Origin: Candidatus Eiseniibacteriota bacterium
Lineage (GTDB): Bacteria > Eisenbacteria > RBG-16-71-46
Reading direction: 5' to 3'
Length of the DNA stretch: 64,000 nt
Assembly: GCA_038231135.1 (NCBI GenBank)
Contig: JBBRLX010000006.1
Span: forward strand, 96,001 to 160,000
Shown: positions 16,300 through 25,043 of the stretch, piece by piece
Position numbering within the stretch: position 1 is the first letter of the stretch
Layout of the letters: every line of letters begins with the position of its first letter
Made by a program: the position numbers and the translations under genes
Notes under the pieces: model-generated
Databases searched by the model: none
What the model saw: only the letters and a program-made list of their open reading frames with translations
Told to the model about the DNA's origin: nothing

Positions 16300-17831
16300 G
16301 GCGAGCCGCCACCGTCGCGATGCTGCTGATGCTGGTGGATGGGTGTTCGCATATGGGCCGGCTGCGGTATCAGCCGCAGACGGTATCGCCCACGCTCACG
16401 CACAAGGCCGGCGAGGCGCCGCCGGCGAATCCCGCGGCCATGCAGCTCCAGCCGCTGTTCGGCGACACGCTGATCGGGCTCGTGCCCGGCACGGCGGATT
16501 CCTCGCGGCGCTACCTGGGCCGGCTGCACACCGGATTCACCGCCGACACGCTCAACCTCATGCTGTTCGGAGACAATCGCCCCGGCTGGCGCGCGTCGCG
16601 GCTGAGCACCGAATACACCGCGCTACGGGAGATGTTTTCGCCGAACCTCGCGAAGATTGGCCGCGGGCTCGTGACGATTCCGTGGGCGCTGGTGAAGGGG
16701 CTCTATCCGGACCTGGCGCTGATCCGCGACATTCCCGACCGCCTTCGCAAGGCTCCGACCGCGGGTCGCGAACGGCAGGTGGTGAGCGCGATGCTGGCCA
16801 AGATCGATTCGCTGCAGGCGCACGGCCAGTCGGTGGCGGCGGTGCTCAACACCGGCGACCTGGTGTACGACGGCCGTTACCCGTCGACGTGGGAGCGGTT
16901 CCTGCGCATTACCCGCCCGCTGTCGTCGCGGGTGCCCTACTTCCCGGTGGCCGGCAACCACGAGCGTACGGACACCGAGGACGGCCGCGAGAACTGGCGC
17001 ACCGCGACCGGGCTGCCCGTCGGCGGCGACCGGCTCTACTACTGCTTCGACACCGCGGACGGCTGGCTGCGCGTCATTGCGCTCGATTCGAATCCGATCG
17101 TCGATCCCGGCAACCTCTGGACCCGCGAGGTGCAGATCAAGTATTCCGCCGAGGAGTTCGCGTGGCTGACGGAGCGCGTGAAGGAGCATCGTGGCCCGGT
17201 GATCGTGTTCATGCACCACCCGCCATTCTCGGCCGGCTTCCATCGCGTCGAATGGCAGCGCGACTCGGTGCTGTCGAAGCGCCGCGAGACCATGGTGGAG
17301 GACCTGCACAAGTCCGGCATCTCGATCATCGCCGGCGGCCACGAACACGCGTACGAACGCGCCCTGCTGCGGTGGCCGGACGCGGTGCTGATCGCGATCG
17401 TCTCCGGGGGCGCCGGCGCCCCGCTCTACCCGCTGCCGCCACGGGCGGAGGCCGCGCGGGTGATGAGCGAATACCACGTCGCGGGCTCGACGGTGCAGCC
17501 GGCAGACGTGTTCACCGCCCAGGCATTCCACTTCATCCATCTGCGGTTCTGGTTCGGCGGCGGCGAGTTCTACACCTACGCCGTGGATGACAAGGCGAAG
17601 GCCACGCTGATCGACAAGGTGCAGATCGACCTGTCGCGCTACGGCACGCCCAAGATCGACCAGTTCAAAATTCCGATCCCGCCGGCGAAGGGCCAGACGA
17701 GCGCGTCCGAGGCCACGGAGGAGAAGAAGAACCAGACCGTCCACCCGGTGACGAAGGCGGATTCGACCGCGAGCAAGCGTCTGCTGTCGAAACCGGCGCC
17801 CGCCAGGAAGACGACCAGGCGCAAACCCTGA
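16296..17831 (+). CDS. Exported (probable lipoprotein) calcineurin-like metallophosphoesterase, purple-acid-phosphatase-like
   Basis: ATGA overlap; LMLVDG-C lipobox-like site; FGDNR, NTGDLVY, AGNHE, FMHHP, GGHEH. Confidence 0.85.
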   Translation: MRRAATVAMLLMLVDGCSHMGRLRYQPQTVSPTLTHKAGEAPPANPAAMQLQPLFGDTLIGLVPGTADSSRRYLGRLHTGFTADTLNLMLFGDNRPGWRASRLSTEYTALREMFSPNLAKIGRGLVTIPWALVKGLYPDLALIRDIPDRLRKAPTAGRERQVVSAMLAKIDSLQAHGQSVAAVLNTGDLVYDGRYPSTWERFLRITRPLSSRVPYFPVAGNHERTDTEDGRENWRTATGLPVGGDRLYYCFDTADGWLRVIALDSNPIVDPGNLWTREVQIKYSAEEFAWLTERVKEHRGPVIVFMHHPPFSAGFHRVEWQRDSVLSKRRETMVEDLHKSGISIIAGGHEHAYERALLRWPDAVLIAIVSGGAGAPLYPLPPRAEAARVMSEYHVAGSTVQPADVFTAQAFHFIHLRFWFGGGEFYTYAVDDKAKATLIDKVQIDLSRYGTPKIDQFKIPIPPAKGQTSASEATEEKKNQTVHPVTKADSTASKRLLSKPAPARKTTRRKP

Positions 17832-17872
17832 GCCCGCACGGCATCGTGTCGTCCGGCCGCGGAGGAACGGTC

Positions 17873-19273
17873 ATGAACTCGACAGTGACGGAAGCCACGC
17901 CGGACCCGGTCGCCAGGCGCCCGCTCGACCGGTTCCTCGGCATCTTCGCCGACGTTCGTGGCGGGGAGGCCGGCACCGCGCTGTTGCTGATGCTCAACAT
18001 CTTCCTGCTGCTCGCGGCTTACTACCTGCTCAAGACGATCCGCGAGCCGCTGATCCTCACCGTCGCCGGCGGCGCCGAGGTCAAGAGCTACGCCGCGGCG
18101 GCGATGGCGGCGTTGCTGATCGTGGTCGTGCCGATCTACAGCGCGGTGGCGTCGCGGGTGTCGCGCGTGAAGCTCATCAACGGCGTGACGCTGTTCTTTA
18201 TCGCCTGCCTGATCGCGTTCTTCGCCCTCAGCCGTGCCGGCATCGAGATCGGCATCCCGTTCTTCATCTGGGTGGGCATCTTCAACCTGATGGTGATCGC
18301 CCAGATGTGGGCGTATGCGAACGACGTCTACACCGTCGACCAGGGCAAACGGCTGTTCGCGATCGTCGGATTCGGCGCGTCGCTGGGTGCGATCGCGGGG
18401 TCGTTCGTCACCGGGCAACTGGTGAAGCAGTACGGTCCGTACCCGTTCATGCTCGGCGCCGCCGCGCTGCTCGGCGTGTGCATGCTGCTCACGAACTGGG
18501 TGAACATGCGCGAGCGTCGCGCCCGCGGCGGCGCCCCGACTACCGCGGGTGACCGAGGCGCGACGGAGAACGCCGCGACGGAGAACGCCCCGGCGGCCGG
18601 TGCGGACGGCGCCGTGAAGGGCCGCAGCGGCTTCGCGCTGGTGTTCTCCGACCGTTACCTGCTGCTCATCGCGGTGCTCATGACGGTGTACAACCTCGTG
18701 AACACGAACGGCGAGTACATCCTCGGCAAGACCGTGGTGAACCTGTACACCGCGGCCCACGGCGCCGCGGCTGCGGGGGGCCTCAACGAGAAGAAGGTGA
18801 TCGGCGAGTTCTACGGCAACTTCTTCACGCTCGTGAACATCCTCTCCGCGCTGGTGCAGGCGTTCGTCGTGTCGCGGGTGCTCAAGAAGTTCGGCGTGCG
18901 CGTCGCGCTGCTGGTGCTGCCGATCGTGGCACTGGGCGGCTACGCCACGATGGCATTCATTCCGGTGCTGTGGCTGATCCGCTCCGTCAAGCTGGCGGAG
19001 AACTCGATCGACTATTCGTTGCAGAGCACGACGCGCAACGCCCTCTATCTCCCCACGAGCCGCGAGGCCAAGTACAAGGCGAAGCAGGCCAACGACACGT
19101 TCTTCGTGCGGCTCGGCGACGTCATCTCCGCCGGAGTGGTGTTCGCCGGCACGACCTGGCTGGGATTCGCGCCGCCGCAGTTCGCGCTGGTGAACGTCGG
19201 GCTGATCGTCGTGTGGCTGGTGCTGGCGGTCGCGATCGGCAGGCGGTTCCGCAGCATGGCCGGCACGGCCTGA
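17873..19273 (+). CDS. NTT/TLC (Npt1/Npt2-like) nucleotide translocase
   Basis: GGAGG RBS; ~12 TM; YYLLKTIRE, QMWAYANDVY..QGKRLF..G.GASLG, LYLPTSREAKYKAK...DTFFVRLGD. Confidence 0.85.
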   Translation: MNSTVTEATPDPVARRPLDRFLGIFADVRGGEAGTALLLMLNIFLLLAAYYLLKTIREPLILTVAGGAEVKSYAAAAMAALLIVVVPIYSAVASRVSRVKLINGVTLFFIACLIAFFALSRAGIEIGIPFFIWVGIFNLMVIAQMWAYANDVYTVDQGKRLFAIVGFGASLGAIAGSFVTGQLVKQYGPYPFMLGAAALLGVCMLLTNWVNMRERRARGGAPTTAGDRGATENAATENAPAAGADGAVKGRSGFALVFSDRYLLLIAVLMTVYNLVNTNGEYILGKTVVNLYTAAHGAAAAGGLNEKKVIGEFYGNFFTLVNILSALVQAFVVSRVLKKFGVRVALLVLPIVALGGYATMAFIPVLWLIRSVKLAENSIDYSLQSTTRNALYLPTSREAKYKAKQANDTFFVRLGDVISAGVVFAGTTWLGFAPPQFALVNVGLIVVWLVLAVAIGRRFRSMAGTA

Positions 19274-19337
19274 CGACATCGGTGGCCCGGTCCGGCGTGA
19301 TGCATCCCGCGCCGGCGCCTGGGGCGAGGGAGGCACG

Positions 19338-22055
19338 CTGAAGTTCCTGAACAAGTTCATCCGCCGCCTCGGCCTCGAGCGCGGCGAGGCCACGACGCTC
19401 GGCTTGATGGGCGTGCTCGTGGCCACGCTGATGTGCGCCTACACCATCGCCAAGGTCGTGCGCGACGCGCTGTTCATCACCGAATTCGGCGCGCTCAAGC
19501 TGCCGTATGGCTACATCGGCGTGGCGCTCGCCTCGGCCGGCTTCGTGTGGCTCGAGGGTCAGGTGGCCAGCCGGTTCACGCGCGTCGGCGCCTCGCGCTT
19601 CAACCAGTACGCGGCGATCGCGGTCAGCGCCGCGGCCGCGGCGGCGTTCCCACACGCGCCGCATCGCATCACCGGCGTGTTCTACGTGTGGACCGGCAGC
19701 CAGGCGATGATGCTGCTGCCGCACTTCTGGGTGCTCGCGCTCGACGTGTGGGACTCACGGCGGGCACGGCGGGTGTTCCCGATTCTCGGCGGCTTCGGGC
19801 TGCTCGGCGGCCTGGCCGGCGGCGCGTTCGCGGGCTGGGCGCAGCCGTTCGTGCACCGCATGGGCCTGCTGTGGGTGCTGTTCGGCCTGCTCGTGATCGC
19901 GCACGTGCTCACGCGGTTCGTCGAGGTCCATCGTGCCCACATGCCGGGGCCGGCGGATGCGGTGTCGGCGCTGTCGAGATGGGAGATCATCCGGCGGTCC
20001 AAGTACATCCGGATCTTCGCCGTCGGTCTCGCGCTGTCGGTGATCGTGTCCACGCTGGTCGATTTCCAGTTCAAGCTCTACCTGCAGCACGCCTATCCCG
20101 ATTCGCGCTCGCTCACCCAGTTCCTCGGCCGGTTCTACGTGGGATTGAACGCCGCCGCATTGCTGTTCCAGTTCGGCGTGGCGGGGTGGCTGATGCAACG
20201 GTTCGGACTCGCGGCGTCGACGGGTCTCCAGCCCACCGCGGTCATGGTGTTCGCCACCTGGGCCGCGATCAGCAGCGGCTGGTGGATCGTGATCGCGATG
20301 CGGTGGGTGCAGGGGGTGGTGTTCCAGACCCTCGGCAAGCCCGCGGCGGAGATCTACTACGCGGCCATCCGGCCGATCGAGCGGCGCTCCATCAAGCCCG
20401 CGATCGACACGCTGGTGGAGCGCTGGTCCGATGCCCTGGTGGGCGTGGTACTGGTGGTGGTGCTGCACGCGCTCAAGGCCCCGATGCCGGTGATCGCGAT
20501 CGGCACCGTGGCGCTGTGTGCGATCTGGCTGCTCGTGCTGCTGCGGTTGAACCGGTACTACGGCAAGGCGTTCCAGAACATCCTCAGCGCGCGCTGGATC
20601 GAGCCCGAAGCTTCTCCGGAATCGTTCAAGATTCCATCCGCGCGGCGGGCGCTCCGCGCGGCTCTGCAGTCGCCCGACGAGGCCCAGGTGGTGCTGGCGC
20701 TCAAGCTCAGCCGCAACGCGCGGGATGCCGGCACCGCCGCCGCCGTGCGCGCGTGCCTGGGGCATGCCTCGCCGGGCGTGCAACTGGCCGCCGTCGAGGC
20801 GATGGAGGCGCTGCGACTACGCGATGCCGATGGCGTGATCGAAGGGTTCCTGGGCGCCCGCTACGATCGTCTGCGCCGCGCGGCCGTCAGCTACCTGCTG
20901 TCGCGCAGCAGTCAGCCGGCGGAGCTCGCCGGCCGCCTGCTCGAAGGCGACGACGCGGCGCTGCGCCAGCACGTGCTGGATGTCATGAGCGAGCGCCCGC
21001 AGGAAGCCGAAGGCTGGGTGGCGCCGCAATGGATCGATGCGCGGATCGCCGCCGGCACGCCCGAGGATCTACTGCTGGCGGCGCGGGCGCTCGGCACGAC
21101 CGCCGCGGCCGGGGCGGTGCCCAAGCTGCGCCTGCTGCTGGCGCACGACGACCTCGAGGTCCGGCGCGCGACGTTGCAGGCCGCGGCCCGGCGGCCGCGG
21201 CCCCAGCTGCTCGAGATGCTGCTGCCCCTGCTGCTCGTGCCCGAGCTGAACTACGAGGCGCTCGATGCCGTGGCCGCGATCGGCGACCCCGCGGTGCCCG
21301 CGCTGCAGAAGATGCTCGAGGCCGCTCCGGACTCGCCGTGGCAGCCGATCGCGGCGCGCACGCTGGCGCGCATCGCCACATCCCGCGCCGCGGGCGTGCT
21401 GCAGAAGCTCGCGCGCAGCGGCGATCCGGGCATGCGCCAGGTCGGGTTGGAGTCGCTGGCCCGCATCCGCCTGCGCTCGGGCCAGCCGATGATCCCCCGC
21501 GGCCTCGCGCACCGGTTGTTTCTACGCGAGCTGGGTGACTATCGCGCCTGCCTCGAGCCCACGATCACGCTCGATGCCGTGCCCGCGGCGGAAGTCCGGC
21601 TGCTGTCCGAGAGCTACTGGGAGTCGTCGGAGCTGGCGCTCACGCGTGCGATCGACGCGCTCGCCTGCTGGTACGATCCACGCCCGCTGTTCGGCGTGAT
21701 CGGGCGGCTGACGTCGAAGGACGCCCGGCAGGCGGCGCCCGCGCTCGAATACCTGGGGCACGTGCTGCCGAGAAGCGTGTTCCGATCGGTGAGCCGGATC
21801 TTCGAGACTCAGGCGAGGGAGGACCCCGCCGGTCCGCCCGACGACGCGGCTGTCGCGGCCTGCATCCGGTCGGCGTGGGGCAGCGCCGATGCCTGGTTGC
21901 GCGCCTGCGCCGTGCGCGCGTCCCGCGCGATCCCGGGATTCGACACCGGGCTGTTCGCGGGCGGCGACGAGCATCCCGTGGTGCGTGCGGAGCTCGAGGC
22001 GCTCGCGCACGGCGGTCGCCGTGGAACGGCGCTGCCGGCCGGGGCGGCCGCATGA
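19338..22055 (+). CDS. NTT-like transporter fused to HEAT repeats; probable CTG start
   Basis: AKVVRDALF, HFWVLALDVWDSRRARRVFP, LVDFQFK, RRSIKPAIDT; C-terminal L..D..EVR.A / AIGDPAVPAL HEAT-like helices; GGAGG then CTG at 19338. Confidence 0.8.
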   Translation: MKFLNKFIRRLGLERGEATTLGLMGVLVATLMCAYTIAKVVRDALFITEFGALKLPYGYIGVALASAGFVWLEGQVASRFTRVGASRFNQYAAIAVSAAAAAAFPHAPHRITGVFYVWTGSQAMMLLPHFWVLALDVWDSRRARRVFPILGGFGLLGGLAGGAFAGWAQPFVHRMGLLWVLFGLLVIAHVLTRFVEVHRAHMPGPADAVSALSRWEIIRRSKYIRIFAVGLALSVIVSTLVDFQFKLYLQHAYPDSRSLTQFLGRFYVGLNAAALLFQFGVAGWLMQRFGLAASTGLQPTAVMVFATWAAISSGWWIVIAMRWVQGVVFQTLGKPAAEIYYAAIRPIERRSIKPAIDTLVERWSDALVGVVLVVVLHALKAPMPVIAIGTVALCAIWLLVLLRLNRYYGKAFQNILSARWIEPEASPESFKIPSARRALRAALQSPDEAQVVLALKLSRNARDAGTAAAVRACLGHASPGVQLAAVEAMEALRLRDADGVIEGFLGARYDRLRRAAVSYLLSRSSQPAELAGRLLEGDDAALRQHVLDVMSERPQEAEGWVAPQWIDARIAAGTPEDLLLAARALGTTAAAGAVPKLRLLLAHDDLEVRRATLQAAARRPRPQLLEMLLPLLLVPELNYEALDAVAAIGDPAVPALQKMLEAAPDSPWQPIAARTLARIATSRAAGVLQKLARSGDPGMRQVGLESLARIRLRSGQPMIPRGLAHRLFLRELGDYRACLEPTITLDAVPAAEVRLLSESYWESSELALTRAIDALACWYDPRPLFGVIGRLTSKDARQAAPALEYLGHVLPRSVFRSVSRIFETQAREDPAGPPDDAAVAACIRSAWGSADAWLRACAVRASRAIPGFDTGLFAGGDEHPVVRAELEALAHGGRRGTALPAGAAA

Positions 22056-22747
22056 TCACTCCCGTCGAGCGCGTGCTGATCCTGAAGGGCGCCGATCTGC
22101 TCAAGGACGTCGGTCCGCGCCACCTGCTGCGGCTCGCCGACGTCGCGCGCGAGATCCCGCTGACCAAGGGGGACACGATCTATCGCGAGGACGACCCCGC
22201 CGACGCGCTCTATCTCGTGGTCGAGGGCCGGGTGCGCATCACCGCCGGCGACCGCACGACGTCGGAGGTCGGTCCCGGCGAGGCGTTCGGCACCTGGGCG
22301 CTGGTCGACGATTCGAGCCGCGGGCAGCAGGCGGAGTGCCTCGAGGACGGCATCGCGCTCGCGCTCGGCCGGGACGAGTTCTACGAAGTGGCGGCGGGCG
22401 ATCTGACACTGCTCCAGCAGGTCGTGCGCGTGCTCGCCAAGCGATTGCGCGCGATGGTCTCGGACCGGCCTGGTGAGGCGCGGGTCGAGGGCGAAGGCAT
22501 CGAAAAGCCCGAGGCGAAGGTCGAGGCGGAGCAGGCAGCGGCCGGTGCAGCACCCGCGCCGCAGGGAACGGCCGCTGCGGGTGCGGCGCCCGGGCCCGCG
22601 GTGCCCGTGACGCCGGGTGCCGCGCTGGCGGCGGCGGCGCTCGGCCAGACGGTTCCCGAGGGCGCGTCTCCGGTCGCGGCGGCGCCCGCCGGCTCGAAGG
22701 ATGCGATCGATGAAGCCTACGACCGTCCGAACCCGGACCCGCTGTAG
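22052..22747 (+). CDS. Cyclic-nucleotide-binding domain protein with low-complexity tail
   Basis: ATGA overlap; ERVLILK..DLL, GDTIYREDDPADALYLVVEGRV, GPGEAFG..AL...SR. Confidence 0.85.
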   Translation: MITPVERVLILKGADLLKDVGPRHLLRLADVAREIPLTKGDTIYREDDPADALYLVVEGRVRITAGDRTTSEVGPGEAFGTWALVDDSSRGQQAECLEDGIALALGRDEFYEVAAGDLTLLQQVVRVLAKRLRAMVSDRPGEARVEGEGIEKPEAKVEAEQAAAGAAPAPQGTAAAGAAPGPAVPVTPGAALAAAALGQTVPEGASPVAAAPAGSKDAIDEAYDRPNPDPL

Positions 22748-22915
22748 ATGCCACGTGCCTGCGATTCGCATCGGAGCCATGACGTGGTATCGCGGCGGCC
22801 CCGCGGCACTTGATTCCGCGGCCGGTCCGGGTCCACCCTTGGTGGGCTGCCGTGCGCTGCCGATGGAATGATCGAACGCCGTGAACCCCCACCCTAAGCT
22901 GGAGTCCCCCACGTC

Positions 22916-24817
22916 GTGAAGACCGGTTCGCAGGATCCGAACGAACTCTTCCGCGCCCTCGTCGACGGGGTGCGGGACTACGCGATCTTCATTCTGGATC
23001 CCGCGGGCAACATCGTCACCTGGAACACCGGCGCGGAACGCATCAAGGGCTACCTCGCCCACGAGATCATCGGCAAGCACTTTTCGGTGTTCTACCCGCC
23101 CGATGCGCTGGCGGCCGACTGGCCGGCGACCGAACTGCGCGCCGCCACCAGCGAGGGCCGGTTCGAGGACGAGAACTGGCGCATTCGAAAGGACGGGACG
23201 CGGTTCTGGGCGAACGTCATCATCACCGCGATCCGCAATCCGGCGGGCGAGCTCATTGGGTTTTCCAAGATCACGCGCGACCTGACCGAGCGGATGGAGT
23301 CCGTCGCGGCGCTGCGCGACACGGAGTCGCGGTATCGTGGAATGTTCGAGGGCTCGCGGGACGGGGTGCTGATCGTGAACGCCGTCACGCACCAGATCAT
23401 CGACGCCAATCCGGCAATCGCCGTGCTGCTCGGCCGGTCGCGCGAGGAACTGCTCGGCAAGCTGCCGTGGGAGATCGGCCTGTTCCGTGACGAGGACGCG
23501 AACCGGACGGCTCAGCGCATGATGCTCGAGCAGGGCTATGTCCGGCACGACGACGTGGTCCTGTCGCGCGGCGATTCCGATCTCGAAGTCGAGCTGCAGG
23601 GCAACCGCTACGAAGTGGCGGGGCAGCCGGCGATCCAGTACAACGTGCGCGACATCCGCGAGCGCCGCCAGCTGGAGCGCGCCCTGCGGCAGACCGAGTC
23701 AATGGCCGAGGTCAATCGCCGCAAGGACGAGTTCCTCGCGCTGCTGTCGCACGAGCTGCGCAATCCGCTGTCGGCGATCACGAATGCGGTCGAGCTCCAG
23801 CGTATGCAGCCGGAAGCGGGCGGCGTGCCGGGGCAGATCCGCGCGATCATCGAGCGCCAGGTGGGCCGGCTGACGAGCATGGTCGAGGATCTGCTCGAGG
23901 TGTCGCGCATCGCGACGGGACGCCATCGGCTCAATCTCGAGTCCGTGGAGGGACGCGAGCTCGTGGAGCACGCCGTCGAGACCGTGCGCCCCCTGCGGGA
24001 GCAGAAGAATCACACACTGGCGCTGAAGTTGTCCGACGCTCCGATATGGCTCGACGCGGATCCGGTCCGGGTGGAACAGGTCGCGGTGAATCTGCTGACG
24101 AACGCCGTCAAGTACACCCCGACCGGCGGCCACATCGAGGTGTGCTTCGAGATCGAGGACGGCAAAGCGGTGCTGCGGGTGAAGGACAACGGCGTCGGGA
24201 TCACCGCCGATCTGCTGCCGCACATCTTCGAATTGTTCACCCAGGCCGATCGCACCCTGCACCGCTCCGAAGGCGGACTCGGCGTGGGGCTCACCGTCGT
24301 GCAGCGCGTGGTACAGCTCCACGGGGGAACGGTCGAGGCGAACAGCGCCGGCCTGAATCAGGGGGCGGAATTCATCGTGCGCCTGCCGGTCTCGAGCCCG
24401 CAGCACGGCGAGAGGCCGGAGGCCGATCGCGCGTCCGCCACCGGCAGGCGGCGCCTGCGCGTGGTGGTTGTGGACGACAACCGCGATTCCGCGGATACCA
24501 TCGCGATGCTGCTGGAGGGCTCGGGACGCGACGTCCGGGTCGAGTACACGGGGCCGGACGGGCTCGAGACCGTGCGGTCGTTCCGGCCCGATGCCGTGCT
24601 GCTCGACATCGGATTGCCCGGCCTCGACGGCTACGAGGTGGCGCGCGCGATCCGGCGGGACCCGGAGCTGAGCGGGGTCAAGCTCATCGCCGTGAGCGGC
24701 TACGGTCAGGAATCCGATCGCCGGCGGTCGAAGGACGCCGGGTTCGACGTGCACATGGTGAAGCCCGTCGAACCGCAGACGATCGAAGATGCGCTGAACG
24801 CGGTGACCGGGACCTAG
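22916..24817 (+). CDS. Hybrid sensor kinase PAS-PAS-HisKA-HATPase-REC
   Basis: DYAIFILD..WNTGAERIKGY PAS; SHELRNPL H-box; NLLTNAVKY, DNGVG, GLGVGL; VVDDN...LLDIGLP receiver. Confidence 0.95.
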   Translation: MKTGSQDPNELFRALVDGVRDYAIFILDPAGNIVTWNTGAERIKGYLAHEIIGKHFSVFYPPDALAADWPATELRAATSEGRFEDENWRIRKDGTRFWANVIITAIRNPAGELIGFSKITRDLTERMESVAALRDTESRYRGMFEGSRDGVLIVNAVTHQIIDANPAIAVLLGRSREELLGKLPWEIGLFRDEDANRTAQRMMLEQGYVRHDDVVLSRGDSDLEVELQGNRYEVAGQPAIQYNVRDIRERRQLERALRQTESMAEVNRRKDEFLALLSHELRNPLSAITNAVELQRMQPEAGGVPGQIRAIIERQVGRLTSMVEDLLEVSRIATGRHRLNLESVEGRELVEHAVETVRPLREQKNHTLALKLSDAPIWLDADPVRVEQVAVNLLTNAVKYTPTGGHIEVCFEIEDGKAVLRVKDNGVGITADLLPHIFELFTQADRTLHRSEGGLGVGLTVVQRVVQLHGGTVEANSAGLNQGAEFIVRLPVSSPQHGERPEADRASATGRRRLRVVVVDDNRDSADTIAMLLEGSGRDVRVEYTGPDGLETVRSFRPDAVLLDIGLPGLDGYEVARAIRRDPELSGVKLIAVSGYGQESDRRRSKDAGFDVHMVKPVEPQTIEDALNAVTGT

Positions 24818-25043
24818 AACCTGACGTCCGGCGCAGCGTCCGGAGCGCGATCGCGAACGAACCCGGTACCCGGCGCGACTTTCGTCCCCCGGTTCCCCGC
24901 GCCCATGCCCCCGCGTCGCCGCACTCGGCCCAGTTATTCCCGGCATGACATCCCCGTGAGACGTGGATGGTGCCATGCGACCTCGCCGCGCAGCATGCTG
25001 GAACCGCGACGCCACCGGTCGCCGCACGATGGAGCCGAATTTC

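Noticed and set aside
18560..18589. 15-nt tandem duplication (ATENA x2) in the NTT central loop
   Set aside because: Real but minor slippage in a variable loop; no functional inference possible
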